DNA of 21,502 nt from a virus (lineage: Duplodnaviria > Heunggongvirae > Uroviricota > Caudoviricetes). Under the pieces are notes generated by a model. That model saw only the letters and a list, made by a program, of their open reading frames with translations. It was not told the DNA's origin and did not search any database. Both the position numbers and the translations under genes were made by a program. This document shows, one piece after another, positions 17,782 through 21,502 of this stretch. The DNA is taken from IMG/VR virus record IMGVR_UViG_2541047680_000007. One strand, 5' to 3'. Each line of letters starts with the position of its first letter. The stretch's first letter is position 1.

Positions 17782-18261
17782 TTTTATTCCTACGGGTCTT
17801 ATTCTGACAATATATCCTGTGTTCCAGACTGCCACATCACCACATCCTGTGCCATTATCTGACTCACATTACATACATCGCATCGGGATACAGTAGTAGC
17901 ACTTTCTGTAATACAGCTTCCTGTTTCTTCCACCATCGCACCGGGATAAACCCGCGAATCATTAACGCGGTAAAAACCCGGTGTGCATCGTTTTTAATTA
18001 TTCCCGCACACTCACGCAGAAGGAATTCCCCGTCGGGCTACGGTCATGGTTAATGCGGGAATACGGCGACGATACAGCGCAGCTAAAAGGGTAATGGACG
18101 GATAGACCGGTTTATTTCATTCCACAGGATTCTGAGTGTCCCCAACTTCCTCCAATAGTCTGAGCCCACCTGTGTAGTTTTAATTTTCATCAATCCATTT
18201 AACTATCGTTTAATTGTTGTCACATAGGATTCTGCCGTTTTTAACAATGCAGGATAATAAG

Positions 18262-18555
18262 ATGAAAAAAATGTTGTTTTCTGCCGCTCTGGCAATGCTT
18301 ATTACAGGATGTGCTCAACAGACGTTTACTGTTGGAAACAAACCTACAGCAGTAACACCAAAGGAAACCATCACCCATCATTTCTTCGTTTCGGGAATTG
18401 GGCAGAAGAAAACTGTCGATGCAGCAAAAATTTGTGGTGGTGCAGAAAATGTTGTTAAAACAGAAACCCAGCAAACATTCGTAAATGGATTGCTCGGTTT
18501 TATTACTTTAGGCATTTATACTCCGCTGGAAGCGCGTGTGTATTGCTCACAATAA
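18262..18555 (+). CDS. bor: Bor outer-membrane lipoprotein (serum-resistance moron)
   Basis: 97-aa product from ATG 18262 (MKKMLFSAALAMLITGC AQQTFTV...), near-identical to remembered lambda Bor, with lipobox LITGC. Oriented opposite to the late operon, as in lambda. Confidence 0.9.
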   Translation: MKKMLFSAALAMLITGCAQQTFTVGNKPTAVTPKETITHHFFVSGIGQKKTVDAAKICGGAENVVKTETQQTFVNGLLGFITLGIYTPLEARVYCSQ

Positions 18556-18586
18556 TTGCATGAGTTGCCCATCGATATGGGCAGCT

Positions 18587-19048
18587 CTATCTGCACTGCT
18601 CATTAATATACTTCTGGGTTCCTTCCAGTTGTTTTTGCATAGTGATCAGCCTCTCTCTGAGGGTGAAATAATCCCGTTCAGCGGTGTCTGCCAGTCGGGG
18701 GGAGGCTGCATTATCCACGCCGGAGGCGGTGGTGGCTTCACGCACTGACTGACAGACTGCTTTGATGTGCAACCGACGACGACCAGCGGCAACATCATCA
18801 CGCAGAGCATCATTTTCAGCTTTCGCATCAGCTAACTCCTTCGTGTATTTTGCATCGAGCGCAGCAACATCACGCTGACGCATCTGTATGTCAGTAATTA
18901 CCGCGTTCGCCAGCGTCAGTTCTCTGGCATTTTTGTCGCGCTGGGCTTTGTAGGTAATGGCGTTATCACGGTAATGATTAACAGCCCATGACAGGCAGAC
19001 GATGATGCAGATAACCAGAGCGGAGATAATCGCGGTTACTCTGTTCAT
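18587..19048 (-). CDS. Rz: Inner-membrane spanin Rz
   Basis: Trimmed to ATG 19048 ([44 protein letters not shown]...), 153 aa, near-identical to remembered lambda Rz. Start overlaps the R stop (ATGA). Confidence 0.92.
   Translation of the reverse strand: MNRVTAIISALVICIIVCLSWAVNHYRDNAITYKAQRDKNARELTLANAVITDIQMRQRDVAALDAKYTKELADAKAENDALRDDVAAGRRRLHIKAVCQSVREATTASGVDNAASPRLADTAERDYFTLRERLITMQKQLEGTQKYINEQCR
18646..18828 (-). CDS. Rz1: Outer-membrane lipoprotein spanin Rz1, embedded in the +1 frame of Rz
   Basis: 60-aa [63 protein letters not shown] with lipobox and proline-rich body, near-identical to remembered lambda Rz1; wholly inside Rz. Confidence 0.9.
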   Translation of the reverse strand: MRKLKMMLCVMMLPLVVVGCTSKQSVSQCVKPPPPPAWIMQPPPDWQTPLNGIISPSERG

Positions 19049-19542
19049 TGCTGACCCCACAAACAGATTTCACGCTCAATCTCACGACGAGTCATGAGAC
19101 CTTTCCATTGCTTACCGCCAGCATATGTCCAGCGACGTAGCTGATCACATGCGCCTTTGATATCGCCCTGGTTTATTTTGCGAAGAAGCGTCGATGTTCT
19201 GAAATTGCCAGCACCCACGTTGTAAACGAATGAGTAAAGAGCGCCGCGCATTGTTTCCGGTATATCGACTTTGATGTACGGGTTAATTTGTCTGGCGACC
19301 GTGGCAAGGTCTTTATTCAGGAGGGCTTTGCATTCTGCTTTGGTATACGTTTTACCGAGCATGATGTCTTTTCCTGTATGCCCGTGACATACAGTCCATA
19401 CACCAACAATATCTTTGTATGGTATGTAGCTGACACCTTCCAGACCATCGTTACCACTTGGGCCAGTGATTAACACTGATGCTATAGCAATTGCTCCGCC
19501 ACCAATAGCAGCAGCAACGGCTTTTCGTAATGATGGAGGCAT
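19045..19542 (-). CDS. R: SAR (signal-arrest-release) endolysin, phage-21 R-type lysozyme
   Basis: 165-aa ORF. N-terminal [27 protein letters not shown] is a weakly hydrophobic Gly/Ala-rich SAR domain, followed by a T4-lysozyme-like catalytic region (E...D...T). Matches remembered phage 21 R. Confidence 0.9.
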   Translation of the reverse strand: MPPSLRKAVAAAIGGGAIAIASVLITGPSGNDGLEGVSYIPYKDIVGVWTVCHGHTGKDIMLGKTYTKAECKALLNKDLATVARQINPYIKVDIPETMRGALYSFVYNVGAGNFRTSTLLRKINQGDIKGACDQLRRWTYAGGKQWKGLMTRREIEREICLWGQQ

Positions 19543-19757
19543 TATTCACCTCTCGCAGCCTTGCGCTTATCTTCTTTAATCTTGAAATAAAGGTTTGTCA
19601 GGTACGTCAGCAGGCCAAATACCAGGCTACCCAGCACACCTATTGCCGCCCACTGTGAGGGCGTGACTTTATCGAGCAACTGTAAAAACCAGTACCCGGC
19701 ACTACCTGCTGAGGTACCATAGGCGACACCCGTTGTTAACTTATCCATGGATTTCAT
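19542..19757 (-). CDS. S: Pinholin (S21-type holin) with dual-start motif (Met1 antiholin / Met4 holin)
   Basis: 71-aa [74 protein letters not shown] with two transmembrane segments and a charged C-terminus. ATG codons at positions 1 and 4; Shine-Dalgarno GAGGTGGGG upstream. Confidence 0.9.
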
Positions 19758-19883
19758 AACCCCACCTCGCAGACAAAGCGGGTGTAAATTAAGGGGATAC
19801 TACGTATCGCAATAAAGGCAGAAACGTAACAGATTCGGAGTCAGTGAATAACTCAGGTATTGGGTTATCAGCTAATATCGAGA

Positions 19884-19919
19884 CTCAAAAAATGGAAAAA
19901 CCCGCTCGACGGCGGGTTT
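19884..19919 (-). terminator. Intrinsic terminator-like hairpin with U-tract on the minus strand, upstream of S (candidate tR'-type late-leader terminator)
   Basis: Plus 19898..19919 AAACCCGC-TCGACG-GCGGGTTT forms an 8-bp stem with 6-nt loop. On the minus strand it is followed by UUUUUCCAUUUUUU (reverse complement of 19884..19897). Confidence 0.5.
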
Positions 19920-20345
19920 AAGCTGTGTGACGAAGTAACCACTCTTAACAGCATAACCAATTTTTTACGTACGTAAACTACTAAATGATATTTGTGAGAA
20001 TGCCACCGAGTGTTCAAAACACCACCACAAATGCATAAGAAAACTTCAACAAATAACCAGTTAATAATTTCCGATGTTATTTTTAGTTTGTTTAAATTAA
20101 GCTAAAGAATTATAGAGCACTTATAAATAAGTGCCATTAATATAAATTAGCTAATAGATTTATTTTTGTTCAGACAAGAGCCATGAATAGGATTAGATAG
20201 AAAAGGTTCAGATAAAAATAGAGATCTACTTCACAAATTAAATGAGAAACTAAAACTTACATCTTGAAATAATCACATTGATTAGATGAATATTTATCGC
20301 GCAGTGACATCATTTTTTAATAATAGTTCAAAAAAAGGGCGTACA

Positions 20346-21317
20346 ATGAAAAAATTAACAGTGGCAATTTCTGCTGTAGCTGCATCAGTACTGATGGCGA
20401 TGTCTGCTCAGGCAGCTGAAATTTATAATAAAGACAGTAACAAGCTGGATCTATACGGGAAAGTTAATGCCAAGCACTACTTCTCCTCTAATGATGCAGA
20501 TGATGGTGATACTACTTATGCCCGTCTTGGCTTCAAAGGTGAAACCCAAATCAACGATCAACTGACTGGTTTCGGTCAGTGGGAATATGAATTCAAAGGC
20601 AACCGTGCTGAATCTCAAGGTTCTTCCAAAGACAAAACCCGTCTTGCATTTGCAGGCCTGAAATTTGGTGATTACGGCTCAATCGATTACGGCCGTAACT
20701 ACGGTGTAGCATACGACATCGGTGCGTGGACTGACGTTCTGCCAGAATTCGGTGGTGATACCTGGACCCAAACAGATGTGTTCATGACTGGTCGCACTAC
20801 TGGTGTTGCAACTTATCGTAACAACGACTTCTTTGGTCTGGTCGATGGCCTGAACTTTGCTGCTCAGTATCAGGGTAAAAATGACCGCACTGACGTAACT
20901 GAAGCCAATGGTGATGGTTTCGGTTTCTCCACTACTTATGAGTATGAAGGATTCGGCGTGGGTGCAACCTATGCTAAATCAGATCGCACTGACGGTCAGG
21001 TCGCCTATGGTAAGAGCAAATTCAATGCCTCCGGCAAAAATGCGGAAGTATGGGCTGCAGGCCTGAAATATGATGCGAACAATATCTATCTGGCTACCAC
21101 ATATTCTGAAACTCAGAATATGACCGTTTTTGGTAATAACCATATTGCAAACAAAGCACAAAACTTTGAAGCAGTAGCACAATATCAGTTTGACTTCGGT
21201 CTGCGTCCATCTGTTGCTTACCTTCAGTCAAAAGGTAAAGACCTTGGTGTTCATGGTGACCGAGACTTAGTCCTGAGAGATCCCCTCATAATTTCCCCAA
21301 AGCGTAACCATGTGTGA
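20346..21317 (+). pseudogene. nmpC: NmpC/Lc/OmpD-type general porin gene (prophage moron), 3'-truncated by IS10 insertion
   Basis: From ATG 20346: signal peptide [23 protein letters not shown], then the classical porin start [16 protein letters not shown] and porin blocks ([79 protein letters not shown]). After ...GDRDLV (about 21272) the frame enters IS10 and ends [14 protein letters not shown], lacking the roughly 40 C-terminal residues and terminal Phe of OmpC-family porins. Confidence 0.85.
21264..21272. repeat. Candidate 9-bp IS10 target site (GACTTAGTC) abutting the IS10 inside end
   Basis: The symmetric 9-mer GACT-T-AGTC immediately precedes the IS10 terminus and resembles the IS10 target consensus NGCTNAGCN. 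The second copy would lie beyond the window and cannot be checked. Confidence 0.45.
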
Positions 21318-21502
21318 ATAAATTTTGAGCTAGTAGGGTTGCAGCCACGAGTAAGTCTTCCCTTGTTATTGTGTAGCCAGAATGCCGCAAAACTTCCATG
21401 CCTAAGCGAACTGTTGAGAGTACGTTTCGATTTCTGACTGTGTTAGCCTGGAAGTGCTTGTCCCAACCTTGTTTCTGAGCATGAACGCCCGCAAGCCAAC
21501 AT
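21273..21502 (-). mobile_element. IS10 (IS4 family), inside-end 230 bp; the element continues beyond the window end
   Basis: Sequence from 21273 (CTGAGAGATCCCCTCATAATTTCCCCAAAGCGTAACCATGTGTGAATAAATTTTGAGC...) matches the remembered IS10 inside end. The minus strand encodes the transposase C-terminus up to a stop inside the terminal repeat. Confidence 0.85.
21286..21501 (-). CDS. IS10 transposase, C-terminal fragment (5' part outside the window)
   Basis: Minus-strand frame reads ...[70 protein letters not shown], with the stop at 21288..21286 inside the IS10 inside end. Confidence 0.8.
   Translation of the reverse strand, partial: CWLAGVHAQKQGWDKHFQANTVRNRNVLSTVRLGMEVLRHSGYTITREDLLVAATLLAQNLFTHGYALGKL

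Noticed and set aside
20264-20293. Candidate sigma-70 promoter for the porin (TTGAAA -35 with TGAATA/GAATAT -10 at 17-18 bp)
   Set aside because: The -10 match is poor and the region is so AT-rich that many equally good hexamers occur; not callable without transcript data.
21273-21502. IS5 as the element truncating the porin (expected by analogy with K-12 nmpC)
   Set aside because: The terminal sequence CTGAGAGATCCCCTCATAATTTCC... and the encoded transposase C-terminus match IS10, not the IS5 terminus (GGAAGGTGCGAA...).
1-21502. tRNA, rRNA, CRISPR arrays, integrase/att sites
   Set aside because: No cloverleaf-like or array-like structures noticed on reading. Integrase and attachment sites normally lie outside the late region and are not expected here.

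Overview
This window is the late (morphogenesis and lysis) region of a lambdoid prophage, almost all encoded on the minus strand, and it carries two insertion sequences that each break a phage gene. Identifications rest on reading the supplied ORF translations and the DNA against remembered lambda / phage 21 / IS protein and end sequences; no database search was run. Gene order from high to low coordinate: a phage-21-type lysis cassette (pinholin S, SAR endolysin R, nested spanins Rz/Rz1), a small moron cluster (bor on the plus strand, a TonB-C-terminal-domain-like lipoprotein, two small plus-strand ORFs), an internal cos site matching lambda cosN, terminase small subunit Nu1, then terminase large subunit A, then W, portal B, protease C with nested scaffold Nu3, D, major capsid E, FI, FII, and lambda-type tail genes Z, U, V, G/G-T (with -1 frameshift), H, M and the start of L. 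Gene A is split by a complete 2699-bp IS66-family element (13078-15776, three ORFs tnpA/B/C) flanked by a perfect 8-bp direct repeat AATCAGAT; removing it restores one continuous A reading frame, so the prophage is probably packaging-defective. Upstream of S, on the plus strand, is an NmpC/Lc/OmpD-type porin gene whose 3' end is cut off by the inside end of IS10, which runs off the window. Head and lysis proteins look 21-like (roughly half to two-thirds identical to lambda by eye), while tail proteins Z through M look nearly lambda-identical, implying a mosaic junction near FII/Z. The most interesting cargo candidate is the TonB-C-like lipoprotein beside cos. No tRNA, rRNA or CRISPR array was seen.
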